Shown: in pieces, positions 21,766-33,446 of the stretch
Numbering within the stretch: position 1 is the first letter of the stretch
Layout of the letters: every line of letters starts with the position of its first letter
NCBI RefSeq assembly: GCF_000372725.1
Contig: NW_005201192.1
Coordinates: 124,001 to 188,000 of the forward strand
Origin: Emiliania huxleyi CCMP1516
Taxonomy: Eukaryota
Length of the DNA: 64,000 nt
Direction: 5' to 3'
Program-made: the position numbers and the translations under genes
The notes under the pieces: generated by a model
The model's database searches: none
What the model was told of the DNA's origin: nothing
What the model saw: only the letters and a program-made list of their open reading frames with translations

Positions 21766-22917
21766 ATGTCGGAGGCCGTCGACGCGCACGTGCGGCGCAA
21801 ATACGACGTCCAGGCGAAGCTGGGAAAGGGTGCGTACGGTATCGTCTGGCGGGCGGTTGATCGGCGCTCAGGCGAGACTACTGCGCTCAAAAAGATCTTC
21901 GATGCCTTCCAGAATGCGCAAGACGCCCAGCGCACGTTCCGCGAAGTGATGTTCCTGCAGGAGATGTCGGGGCACGAGCACATAGTGACGCTGCTGAACG
22001 TCCTCAAAGCCGACAATGACTGCGACCTCTACCTCGTTTTCGAGCATATGGAGACGGACTTGCACGCGGCAATACGCGCGGGAATCCTGCAAGACGTCCA
22101 CCACCGCTACATTGTGTGGCAGGCGCTCAAGGCGCTCAAGTTTATGCACTCCGCGGAGCTTCTGCACCGAGACATGAAGCCTTCGAACCTGCTTCTGAAC
22201 GGCGACTGCCTCGTCAAGGTAGCTGACTTCGGACTCGCGCGCTCCATGCGAGACCTTGACGCCGCCTCACGAGGAGGGCCTGCGACGGTCATGACTGACT
22301 ACGTGGCGACCCGGTGGTACCGTGCGCCGGAGATCCTGATGGGCTCTCCGCGCTACACGTTTGGGGTGGACATGTGGTCGATCGGCTGCATTCTCGGCGA
22401 GATGCTCTCGGGGACGGCCGTCTTTCCCGGCTCATCGACGCTGGACCAGCTGGAGAGGATAATGGGACTCACCGGCAAGCCCAAAGCAAGCGAGGCCGAG
22501 GTGCTGAGCCCATATGCACTCGAGATGCTCTCGCAGCTGCAGGCTCCTCCGCCCGCCGAGACCACGTGGAGCAAACACTTTCCGTCCGCGTCGCCCGACG
22601 CCTTGGACCTGATGCGCCGCTGCCTCTCCTTCAACCCCGCCCATCGGCCGAGTGCAGAGGAGGCCCTCGCGCATGAGTACGTGGCTCAGTTCCACGACGA
22701 GGCGGCGGAGCGGCGCGCCACGAGGCTTGTCGAGTGCATCATTGACGACAACACGCAAAAGGCGACCTGCGTGTACCGGGAGCGCCTGTACCACGAGATC
22801 ACAAAGATGAAGCGTCGGAAAAAGAGCGCCAAGCAGGGGCTCCGCGGGGAGGGGCAAGGTCAGGGCGAGGGCGACAGCATATCGGCAGGGCTCGGAGCGC
22901 AGCATAATCCGCGATAG
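21766..22917 (+). CDS. MAPK15: MAP kinase, ERK7/8 (MAPK15) subfamily, intronless
   Basis: LGKGAYGIVW, KKIFDAF..DAQRTFRE, HRDMKPSN, MTDYVATRWYRAPE (TDY activation loop). Confidence 0.9.
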   Translation: MSEAVDAHVRRKYDVQAKLGKGAYGIVWRAVDRRSGETTALKKIFDAFQNAQDAQRTFREVMFLQEMSGHEHIVTLLNVLKADNDCDLYLVFEHMETDLHAAIRAGILQDVHHRYIVWQALKALKFMHSAELLHRDMKPSNLLLNGDCLVKVADFGLARSMRDLDAASRGGPATVMTDYVATRWYRAPEILMGSPRYTFGVDMWSIGCILGEMLSGTAVFPGSSTLDQLERIMGLTGKPKASEAEVLSPYALEMLSQLQAPPPAETTWSKHFPSASPDALDLMRRCLSFNPAHRPSAEEALAHEYVAQFHDEAAERRATRLVECIIDDNTQKATCVYRERLYHEITKMKRRKKSAKQGLRGEGQGQGEGDSISAGLGAQHNPR

Positions 22918-23105
22918 CTACTGCGCCGCGTGAAATCTATGTTATGTCAAATGATCTGGTGGCGGTCGCTCTAGACGATGTTCGCTCTCTGAACATGTCC
23001 CGGCTTGATCCCAAGCGTGTTTGAGATCCTCCCTCGGGCTGTTAAATCTCCTCATCTCTTTCCCACCTAGGCGGGGCGGTGGGCGTGTGCGCGCGGCGCG
23101 GCGGT

Positions 23106-23185
<80 letters not shown>
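23106..23185. repeat. (GT)n microsatellite, about 39 units
   Basis: Direct observation. Confidence 0.95.
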
Positions 23186-23186
<1 letters not shown>

Positions 23187-23809
23187 CTGCGACAAGGGAC
23201 CATCGGCTTGTATCATTAACAACGAAGGCCTCAATGATTTTTAGATTTTACGCGCGGCGGAAAGAACACACCCCAACCCTCTTCGACCTCACCCAAAAAG
23301 CACGATTCTCAAGTCAGGGCCGTCAGGGCCTTTGGCTTTGCCAGAACTGCCACTCCGGTGTTCCCTTAAGACTCCTCTGCATCATCGGAGTTCGGAGCGT
23401 CGCTGGCCACCACCCCCTCTCGGTTGTCCACGTGGGACTGGAACGTTGTGGGACGGTATCGCTCGCCGGGCGAGTGCGAACCTTTTATCTTAAACGCTCA
23501 TTTTTTTCTTCTCTGATCATAAACCAGTAAGTGTGTAGTTGGACCGCCGACGTGCTCAGCTGCTCATCGAAGACCGATGCTGTGCAGAGCGCCGCCATGC
23601 GGCCTAAACTAGCCAGCGTCCGCACTGGCCGCCCGCACAGGGCATGACTCGCGCCTCGAACTAACGTACCTGTATCTCACCAAACGCGAGAGTTTTACTA
23701 GTGCCAGGGAGAATGACAGTGACGTAGCGGTGCCTGTGGGGGGGGGGGGGGGCTTCAGGGTAAGCTTTGCAGGGGACTCGTAGGCGCGTGGCGACTAAAA
23801 GGCGGCGGC

Positions 23810-24025
23810 TCGCAGACGCACTTGGACTTGGCAGCGTCGCACGGCGTCGTGACTGGCCCCTTCTTTATCGTCGACCAGGCAAATGGTCCGCCGCACTTCA
23901 CCGCCATTTCTCCAGCCTTCTTGCCGACCCAGATCTCGAAGCCTTTGAGATACTTCTTCGTCTCGGAAGGCTTGTTCTTGGTATCCGGGGTGACGGTCAC
24001 GGAGCTGATGGGCTGCTGATTCTCC
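23810..24025 (-). CDS. Isolated coding-like exon, possibly a discoidin/fucolectin-like fragment
   Basis: QPISSVTV...YLKGFEIWVG...C with coding bias; gene structure unresolved. Confidence 0.35.
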
Positions 24026-24538
24026 AGGGTGACCTAATTAATGTGTCAGTCAGGGGAGGGCGGTCGCCAATGGTGAAATGCCACGAGAGGGGAGAGGGCG
24101 AGGAACGCCGGGGTGCCTTGGCGAGAACGCGGCGAGGCTAACGGAACAAAAGCGCGAAACCGCCACCGCTCACCGGCAATGCCACCGACGGCGCCCACAC
24201 GCCCTTTGAGAGCATCGCTCGAGAACATCATGTCCGTTAGTTTTTTCAGACGAGTGCGAACCTGCGAAGCCACAAAGTCGTAAAGCACACAACATTCCGC
24301 ACATCTCACGGGAGGCGACGAGGACGACCCCGCTGCCGCTCCCCGGGCCCGATATAGCACAAAAAGATCGCACGGGCGGGGACCTGTTCCTTTTCACCCA
24401 TCTCACAGTAGAGGTGTGTCCGTTTTTATTTATTTATTTAGCACATTCCGACTGGCGCACCACGTGTCGCGAGTCAGAGAGCGCTGAGCGGAGCGGAGGC
24501 TTATACACAAACCATATCCCCGGCACAGGGGCGCCTCT

Positions 24539-26440
24539 TCAGCCCTCTTCGTCGCCTACGTAGTCGCGCAGCACGAGCGAGACGTGCGGCTTCCTCAGCT
24601 TGCTCAGCGCAGCGAAGAGCACATTTTTCACCCGGTGGAAGGAGAGGCCGAGCGCCTCGCCCACCTCCTTGACCGCCATCGTCTCGCCGCTGCCGCCGAG
24701 ACCGAAGCGCATCTGCACCACCTTCGCCTCCTCCTCGGTGAGGTAACGCGTCATCACGCTCTGCAGGTCGCGCTGCAGCATCGACTGCACCATCTCCGCC
24801 TGCGCCGTCTCGGCGCGCTCGTCGGGCAGGAAATCGCCCACCGTGAGGTCGTCGCCCGACGGAGCGTCGAGCGAGGTTGCCCGCCGGTTGACGAGCTCGA
24901 CCACCTGGCGCACCTTGGCAGGGGGAGGGGCGCGCAGAGGTGTGAGGCGGCGCGCGGGGGGGGGAGGGGAGCCACACTCCTCCGCCGCCGCGCCTTTGCG
25001 GCCGAGATGTCGCCCACGAGCGCCGCCACCTCCTCGTCGGTCGGGTTGAAAGCGGCGCCGGCGCGCAGCTCCTCCTTGGCGCGCACGATCTTTGCGTAGA
25101 CGGTCTGTACGCGCGAGGGCAAGCGGATGGTGCGGCTCTGCTCGCGGATGGTCCGGGTGAGCGCGTTGCGGATCCAGTAGGTAGCCTGTGCGGGGCCCAA
25201 GGGCAGCGGTCGGGAGGAGGGGGAGTGGGCCGTGGCGGGGCGAGGAGGAGAGGGGTTGCATAGGTTGAGAAGCGGAGTCCGAGGGAGACGTCGAACTTCT
25301 CGGCGGCCTTGATGAGGGAGATGGACCCCTCCTGCATCAGGTCCTGCGGCCGGTGCGGTGGCGAGATGTGGGGAGATGTGGGGAGATGTGGGGAGATGTG
25401 GGGAGATGTGGGGAGATGGACCCCTCCTGCGGCCGGTGCGCGGTGGCGAGGTTGGCGGTGGCGAAGCGGCGTCCGTCGGGCGCACGGCGCGAGGGGGGGC
25501 GAGGGGGGCGCGAGGGGGCGGGGGGTGGCGGAGGGGGGAGGCGGCCGAGGGAGGGGGAGGGAGGAGTGTGGGCCACCTGCTCCGTCGTCCCGTGGTCGAT
25601 CCGCCCGCCGCCGCTCCGCTGCAGCGCGCGGATCGCGCTGCGCACCAGACCGGCGTTGCTCGTGATGAGGCGCGCCTCCGCCTCCCGGCCGAGGTCGACC
25701 GCCTCCTGCAGCTCCTCTGGCGACAGGCCCGCCGCCCTCGCCCAAGCCGCCTGATGCCGCGCCGCCGCCACCTCCACGCCGCCTCCGCTCCGCCGCTCTC
25801 CTGCGCCGCCCGCCCGGCTGTGGAGCGACTCCGCCGCCGGCGCCGGCGCCGCCACGGCACCTCGCGTCGCCACGCCAACGGCGACGCCTTCGCTCGAGAG
25901 CGAGAGGCCTCCTCCTCCGCCGCCGCCTCCGCCACCGCCCCCTCCCTGCCGCGAGCCGTGCAGCTCCCCGCCGCCGCTCCACGACACGGGCCACTCGGCG
26001 GCCGCGGCCTGGGCGGACGCCTCGGCGTGGAGCACGTCGCCACGCACCGCCTCGAGCTGGCGCAGCCGCTGCACGCGCTGGCAGAGCTGGATCTCCTCCG
26101 CGTGCTCGAGCAGCCTCGCGCGGCTGGTGCTCGCCACAAAGCCGGTCAGCGCGCTGGGTCGCTTTTGCCCCGTCGGGCGGCGGCGAGGGCGGCCGCGGCC
26201 TCCACGGCCTCGCCCGCCACCGCCGCGTCTCCCGGTGGACGCCCCGCTGCCGCGAGCCGTCCTCTGGCTGTCGGCTGGGGCCGCTGCTCCCGGCGCTGCC
26301 GGTCCTCGGAGGATTACGCACGGCACCCGCCAGCGCCTAGCGACCGCCGCGGGAGCGCCGGTCAGCCCGGGCCGCTGCACTGGAGCGAAGGCCGAACCGG
26401 CTCCGAGGCTGAGCAGGAGGAGGACGGCGGCGGGAGGCAT
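24539..26440 (-). CDS. Nucleus-encoded plastid sigma-70-type RNA polymerase sigma factor, at least 3 introns
   Basis: Bipartite leader (GSAFAP); LLEHAEE, LITSNAGLV, DLMQEGSISLIKAAEKFD..GLRFSTYATYWIR, QSRTIRLP, MRFGL..VGEALG..ALSKLR. Confidence 0.92.
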
Positions 26441-27234
26441 ATGACACACAATTTGCCAGTCAGGGGCTGGACAGGGGGCTGAGGGGTCGCGCTCTCTCGC
26501 GCTGGAGACCTTTCGCCGACATTTCTCGAGTAGAGCTCTATCCGCTTCTTGAGCACTTGAGTGAGCACCGGATAGGGTCGATTCCGCATGGTACGGGACC
26601 CCTCGATCGTCTCGCCCATCCGCTTCTGGCAAATTGTGTGTGCCAGTCAGGTGCCAGTACTAGTAGCGTAGTAGGATGAGATTATGAAAAACGCCGGAAT
26701 TCGGACGAGTACTCTCGCCTGCACAAATTCGATAAGTGGGACAAGGAGGGATGCGTCCCAGGGTCCTGGAGTTTCAGGCGTGCTTTCGCTCCGACTCCTC
26801 GGTGACCAAACGACGAGCTGGAGAGCTGGCGACCGAACGCTACCCGAGGCGGCTGGCGGCGATGGACGACCGAGCGGAGACGCAACGAATCGAGGAGCGG
26901 CTCCCGCAGGGAACCGACGAGTGGCTCGCGAGACCCTCGTAGCCGTGGGTAGCACCTTTTATTCTTTTTCTTTGAAAGAAAGTTGAAAGCCTCCCTTGCG
27001 CCTTGCTTGGGTTGCCTTTTCTTTCTTTTTCTTTGAACAGGTCTATCACTGCGCAGAGGGGCCCCCGGAGGAATGCCCACTCTCTCAATCAACCGCTCCA
27101 CGCCACGCCGCTTGCGGCGGTAAAGAAAGAAAGGGGGGGTGTCGGAGGAAAGAAGGAAAGAAAGAACAGACAACAACCTCCAAGTGCTCCAACCCAAAAG
27201 AGGGATGGGAGGGATGGGAGGACGGCGGGGAACA

Positions 27235-28056
27235 GTCTGACATCAGAGGGGCTCCGTCGCTGTCAGGCCCTAACGTGACAGCCTGACAGCCCGACAGCAC
27301 ACAGTGGCCTGACAGCAGCGCTGACAGCCCGACAGCCCGACCAGCCCGACAGCAGCACAGACCGTACACAGCCGTGCAGCCTCTTTCTTGTGCCCCATGA
27401 GGGTATAACAAAACTATTACATGCAAAGACATGCACATGCGAGTGTGGTCCATGCAGTGTCATGGGATGGTCATGCCTCATGGGTCTCTCTCTCAACCCT
27501 CCCGCCCCACCTCTGCGGACCCGCGGCTGTGCTACAACTACAGATGAAGCTACCAGCTAGCCTTCTGGGGCCCTACAGCCATATGCCTACGGCGTCTGGG
27601 TGGGGGTGGCCGCCGCCGTCTGTGCCGCGCTGCTGCCGCCGCCGCCTGCGCCGCCATCTGCGCTCCCCAGGCGGACCCCTTCTGGCAGAGTAGAGACTAG
27701 AGTATGTGTAGTAGAGTCCTGCTGGTCTCCTCTTGATAATGTCATAAGTGTGGATGGTGTGTCAGAGCCTGACAGCACCCCGACAGCACCAACCGACAGC
27801 ACCTGACAGCACCGGCGTCTCTGACAGCAGCAGCAGCCCGACAGCTCTGACAGCTCCGACAGCGTCTGACAGCAACACCCGACAGCTCCGACAGCACCCG
27901 ACAGCTACGGAGCCCCTCTGATGTCAGACAAGCACCCGACAGCACCCGACAGCACTGACAGCACCTGACAGCTGGTCTGACAGAGGCACCTGACAGTGCC
28001 TGACAGTGCCTGACAGCCTGACAGATCACCTGACAGCACCTGACAGCCTGACAGCC
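27235..28056. repeat. CTGACAGC/CCGACAGC motif arrays with a 23-bp inverted repeat; decayed DNA-transposon end(s)
   Basis: GTCTGACATCAGAGGGGCTCCGT (27235-27257) is inverted at 27907-27929; dozens of (C/T)GACAGC units. Confidence 0.65.
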
Positions 28057-28249
28057 AGGCGAGGGCTCAGGGGGCAGGGGCGATTCGCTGCTGGCTGGCG
28101 GTGGCGACGGGCTCCGCCTGATTGATGCTCGACCTGCTTGGAGCGGAGCGGGCTACGGGGGCAGCGCGCGGCATATCGGGCTTGTGAAAAGAAAAAAATC
28201 GCCGCGGAGGGTGGGAGATGAATAGATAAAACGGAACGCCAAGGTGGGA

Positions 28250-30160
28250 AACAAAAGAAAGAAAGAAAACAGACAACACCCAAAGGGGGGGATGGGAGGA
28301 CGACGGCACGCCGCCACCACACACCACACAGGGATTTTAAGGAGAGGGGTGTGATGCGCTAGCCGTCGCCCACCCTCGGGCGTCCGCCTCTTCCTATCTC
28401 TCTTCGCAGTCTCTCGCCGATTCTCGCTGCAACCTTCATGCCACCTCCGGCTCGCGGTCGTCCCACTCTCGTCGTTCTCTCGGAGCACTTGGAGTGCAGT
28501 CGGCAGCCTCACATCCAGGGCCGGGGAGCTAAGAAGCGCACCCAGCGAGCCAGATAAGATCGGGATCGGGTTACGGGCTAGAGAGCCCTTAGCCCTGGGG
28601 GGGTGCGCGTTCGCAGGGAAAGGGCCGTAAAGTAAACACGGTTCTCCGAAGGTTAGTCCGCGCTCCGGGTTTCCCCTAGCTGCGGAGCGCCCCTCTACTC
28701 GGAGCTAATAAACACCAGACACGCACACGACGTACATCCTCACTCTCGTCGACGTCACCCATCAGGGCTTCTCCGTTCGACCTCACCTCCCTCGATCCGG
28801 GGGGGCTCTCCACTCCCGGTCCTCCCCCCCCCTCGCTTTCCGCTGGTTGGGCAACGGATGCGGGGCCCGGCTTCCCCTCTCCTAGCCTTTTTCGGCCGCG
28901 GCCCCGTCGCCGTCTCGTCTTCTCTGCCTGATCCTGTTGACTCCGCCTCCGGCGAGCCCGTGCCCGACTCCCCGGGCGAGGGCGGTGGCGTTGGATCGTG
29001 TCGCCCCCCCTCCCCGGGGGGTCGGGCCGGTTCTCCTCGGTCGACGAATCGCGCCCGCATCCGCGGTCTGCTCTCTCTATCGTCCTCGGCTCGCCCCGAC
29101 GTGGCCCTCCTTGTCGTAGTTCACGGTGGTCTGGCTGTCGCCGCGACGGGTCTACCCCCGGTGAGCTCGTATGCCCCGACTCCACTCGCAGAGGCCGAGT
29201 CAGCTCGACTCTCACCCCCTCCGACAGTTGACTCCAGGTCTCACCCGGGGCCCTCCGGTCTTGGCCTTCCGGTTCGCCGGACGGCCCGCTGTCGTCTCGC
29301 GGCACCTCCCCTCCCTCGGTCCCCTCCGTGTGTAATAATCCAGCCTCCGATGGGGCGGTTCTGGGTTCCCCAAGGTTCGTGAGGGTCTCTCTCTTGTCGC
29401 TTCTTCCTCTGTCGCGTCGCTCTCCTCTGCTTCGTCCTGCAACGGCGCCGCCTGCCGCTCCCTTGCTCTCGCTTCTTCTCCCGCCTTCGTCGCAGCTACG
29501 AGGCGGAAAAGAAAGAAAGAAAACAGACAACCCAAACGAGGGATAGGGGAGGAGGACAGGGTTCCCCACCTGCACGAGCAGGATTTTGGAAGGACGATCA
29601 GGGGGACAGGTGGGCTCTCCTGCTCCTGACAAGGGACACGACAGGCTCGCAGCGCGGTGCACGGTGGGCTCCCAACTCCACTGGCGGTCTCATCTCAGTC
29701 TAGCGACCTTCCTCCGGCTTCTCACCGGCAGTCTCTCACTACCACGGGCACACTGACACCGGGGTAATAAATAAATAATCCGGACACACCAAACAAGGGG
29801 TGGGAGAAGGACAGGGTCCCCACCTGCGCGAGCAGGATCTTGTAAGGACGATCAGGGACACAGGGGAACGGGAGCGGGGAGCGCATCGCGACACGGAGGG
29901 GGGCTGGGCAGGGTTCACCCACACGACAGGGTCCCAGGGATTCCCCTCTCGTATAGGACAAAGTTGCACCCGGCGGCACGGGGGCAGGCGCGGGCCTCCT
30001 ACTGGTTGCGCTCTCCTAGTTCTCCTGCTACTGACAAAAGGGACAGCGACAGGTTCGCAGCACGGTGGACTCCCTATTCCACTGGCGAACTCTCTCGACT
30101 AGCGACCTTCCTCCGGCTTCTCACTAGCAGTCTCTCACTATCACGGGCACACTGACAGAG
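28250..30160 (-). mobile_element. Stack of co-oriented retroposon fragments: family A (28250-29505) interrupted by family C (28482-29383), then two family B copies (29506-29760, 29765-30158)
   Basis: Each unit is homologous to a separate copy in the window (7100-7395, 15365-15741, 43524-43721) and each has a simple-repeat tail. Confidence 0.75.
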
Positions 30161-30386
30161 GCGGCCAAGGCTCACGTCGTGGGTGGCAGAGGCGGTGATA
30201 GGAGTCTCCCACTCTGTGGGATCGCTAGTGGTGCGGCCTACTCGTGTCCTCGCCCTTGCGGTCTTGAGAGGGAAGGGGAAGGGGCTGTGTGTCTGTGTAT
30301 GTGTGTGTGTGCATGTGACACAGGGGTGGGTGTGCGGCGGTTTCTTTCGGCCGTAAGCGGACCATTTGGCGGCCACGTCCAAGGCC

Positions 30387-31391
30387 ATGAACATCCTCAT
30401 GCAAACCATCTTTGTGGCCCTGGTGTCGGAGATAATCTTCCTTTTGCTCCTCGTCACCCCGTGGCCCGCCGGATTCCTCGGGCCGATCCTGCGTGCCATC
30501 TCGTCCTCCAAGACGCTCGAGACCGCCGCCAAGCCGCTCGTTTGGTTCTTCGCGCTCGTCGTGGCCAACTGGCTGCACTCGACGCGAGAGATGCTGCGGC
30601 TGAACGGCGAGTACACGGACAAGAAGGCGGGCGACATCGGCCAGAAGCTGATGCACGAGGTGATGATGTTCCGCAGTCAGCGGGACTTTTACCTGGCCGG
30701 CTTCACGGCGCTACTGCTGCTGGTGCTGCGGCGCATCTACCTGCTCGTCAAGGAGGTGCACACGCTCAAGGCGAGCTCGACGGCGCTCAAGCGGCAGGCG
30801 GAGCAGGCGGCGGCGGCGTACACGAGCCAGCTCGACGAGATCGAAAAGCTCAAAAAGGGCGCGGCGGCTTCCGGCTCGTCGCCTCCCGCCACTGCGAAGG
30901 GCGTGCTCTCCGGCCGGCTCGACGCGGACGAGATCGAGGCGCGCGCCAAGGCGGCCGCGGCGGAGGCGCTGACGTCTCCAAAGGCGGCGGCCGCCGCCGC
31001 CGGCGAGGGGGACGGCGAGAGGGGCGCGGGCATGCGGGCCAGGAGGGTGGGCGCGTCATTGTGAGGCGCCCGGAAAGATGCGTGTCTGTAGGCGAGAGCG
31101 TGGGCGAGCTCAAGGAGGAGAACGCGCGGCTGCGCTCGACGATCGGGTCGCTGCGCGGCGAGGCGCAGCAGGCGGCCGCCTCTGCCGAGGCGCTGCAGCG
31201 GCAGGCGGAGAACCTGAGCAAAGAGTACGGCAAGGCGTGCGGCGGAGCAGGCGCCGCCCCGAGGCCGCGCAGGCGGGTCCCTCTCACGGCGGGCGCGGCG
31301 TGGACAGGTGGTGGCGCAGAAGGAATCGCTCGAGAACCGCCTCGCCGACTTCGAGCTCGTCATGGGCGATTCGGTCAAGAAGGAAAAGTGA
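30387..31391 (+). CDS. BCAP31: BAP29/BAP31-like ER membrane protein, multi-exon
   Basis: Three TM segments, FRSQRDFYLAGF motif, coiled coil with ALQRQAENLSKEY, C-terminal KKEK ER-retrieval signal. Confidence 0.85.
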
Positions 31392-32044
31392 GGCGGGGGC
31401 GCGAGGCGGCGCTCGGGGCGTCTCGACTGGCGGCAGAGGCCAGAGGCCGCGCTGTCTGCGCGGTGGGTGTTGCGAGAGTCGACTCCGTCCGTCGTCGGTC
31501 GGTTTTTGCGCCACGCGCTCGCGATCCCGCATCCCGCTGCGGCGCGGCGTCACTCTCTCGTGCGCGACACCGTGCGTAGGCCGTAGCCCACCCCGCACCC
31601 GCGCCACGGCCCACTCCGCCCGCTCGTGATTACTGGCCTACAATGTGCCACAGAGTTTACCTGTGTGTGCGTGTGTCGTGACGGTGACTCCTGAGGGTGT
31701 ATCCAATGGCGCTGGTTGTGCGCCCTCTCTGCTCTCTCCGCAGCGCGAAACTGGGAGACTCGCTCGCGCACGTGCTAGCTTAGTGCTTACATGTCGATCT
31801 AGCTTCAACTGGAGTTTTCACTTTTTTTGGCTTCAATGTCCTTTCAACCACGAAGATCGAAGTCGAAGAGAGAAGCGAGTCGATCGTACCGATCGAGACA
31901 CCGCGCGAGAGCACTCACCCACGCGACCACGCGAACAGAAAACACACACATGAGAACAGCTGCACTCACAAGCTGCCAACAACACACCTAACACAAGCAG
32001 GGGCACCTTGCCATTAGGAGCGCCCTCGCTTCTGTCTCGCCGAC

Positions 32045-32767
32045 TCAGCCATTCTTGTGGTTGTGAGCGAGCCGCGCGTACTTTTGAGCGAGGAGGCGGT
32101 GGTGCTCCTCCTTTTCGGGCGGCAGGCTCTTCTTCACCTTGCCGGGCACGCCCAGCACGAGCGAGTTGGGCGGGACCACCGTGCCCGCGCTCACGATCGC
32201 GCCAGCGCCGACGATGGAGCCGCGGCCGATGACTGCGCCGTCGAGCACGGTCGCCTGCATGCCAATCAGGCAGTGGTCCTCGATGGTGCAGCCGTGGAGC
32301 ACGGCGCGGTGGCCGACGACGACGTGCTCGCCGATGACGGTCGGGTCCTCGTCGCCCAGGTGCACCACCGTCCCGTCCTGCACGTTCGAGTTTGCGCCCA
32401 CGCTGATGTAGTTGAGATCGCCCCGCAGCACGCAGCCGTACCAGACTGAGGAGCCCTCGGCGAGGCGGACGTCGCCCACCACCGCGGCCCCCGGCGCCAC
32501 GAGTGCGCTCTCCGCCACCGAAGGCAGGCTCTCGCGGTACCGGTCGATGATGGCGCCAGGATGCCTCGCGCGGAGCTCGCGGAGCGCCGCCTCGAGCCGC
32601 GGCAGGTCCTCCGGCGGGCCGGCTGCACGAGGGACCGTCTGCTCGCCGACCACCATCGGGTTGACGCTGCGGCGCGCCGGCGCGGCCGGCGCCGACTGGG
32701 AGGACAGCGCTCGCGCGAGCGGGCGGCAAACCCGCCGTACCCGCGTTACTTGCGCGACAGCCGACAT
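32045..32767 (-). CDS. Gamma carbonic anhydrase-like (hexapeptide repeat) protein with mitochondrial-type presequence
   Basis: VVGDVRL, WYGCVLRGD, NSNVQDGTVVH, VGHRAVLHGC; three His ligands present. Confidence 0.9.
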   Translation of the reverse strand: MSAVAQVTRVRRVCRPLARALSSQSAPAAPARRSVNPMVVGEQTVPRAAGPPEDLPRLEAALRELRARHPGAIIDRYRESLPSVAESALVAPGAAVVGDVRLAEGSSVWYGCVLRGDLNYISVGANSNVQDGTVVHLGDEDPTVIGEHVVVGHRAVLHGCTIEDHCLIGMQATVLDGAVIGRGSIVGAGAIVSAGTVVPPNSLVLGVPGKVKKSLPPEKEEHHRLLAQKYARLAHNHKNG

Positions 32768-32903
32768 GTGCACACCACTGTGTTTTTTTTCGAAGAAAAA
32801 GAAAAAACCATGACCCAGTTTTAGTTTACTGGCAGACAAGGGAGAGGGGGTTGTGTTCTCTACCCCCCTAGGGGCCCTACGCGCGGCGTGAGAGCTCTCT
32901 TTT

Positions 32904-32971
32904 CTCTCAGTTATCGAGCTCTTAAGTACATTCTGGAGGAGGACTGCTGACAGGGTTTGCGATGATGAGCG
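32904..32971 (+). repeat. Family E element, partial diverged copy 4
   Basis: AGCTCTTAAGTACATTC..AGGAGGACTGCTGACAGGGTTTGCGATGATGAGCG. Confidence 0.75.
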
Positions 32972-33446
32972 TCTGCAGCGCAAACTTTTTTCTTTGAGCT
33001 TAGCCTTCGGTGTTATGAAACAACGCAAGGCGGACATGGCATATCGCTCTCGGGCCCACAGACATCCCGCACACTCGCCGCACACCCGCCGCCCCCGCGC
33101 GCGCCCCACCCCGGCCGGGAGAAAGGGGAGTGACAGTTTGGGATGGCAACAGCCCGAGTATGTTGAGTCCTGGCTCAACAACGCAGATAACAAGAGGGGG
33201 TGGTCCGGCTCACAGGTCCGGCTCACGCGCCTCGAGCTGACCCTCTACCGCACTGGTCACTTCCGCCCCCTCGCTCCCAACCCATCCACCCCGCCCCGGG
33301 CCGCGCCGCGCGATCTCGGGCGATCTCGCGCCATCTCGGGGCCGCGCCGCGCGATCTCGCACAATCTCTTTTTGTAAGATTCTTTTCGCCTAGCAAACGG
33401 CCAGCCAATTTGACGGGTGTTGCTGCCGCCGTTGCCGCCGCGCGCA

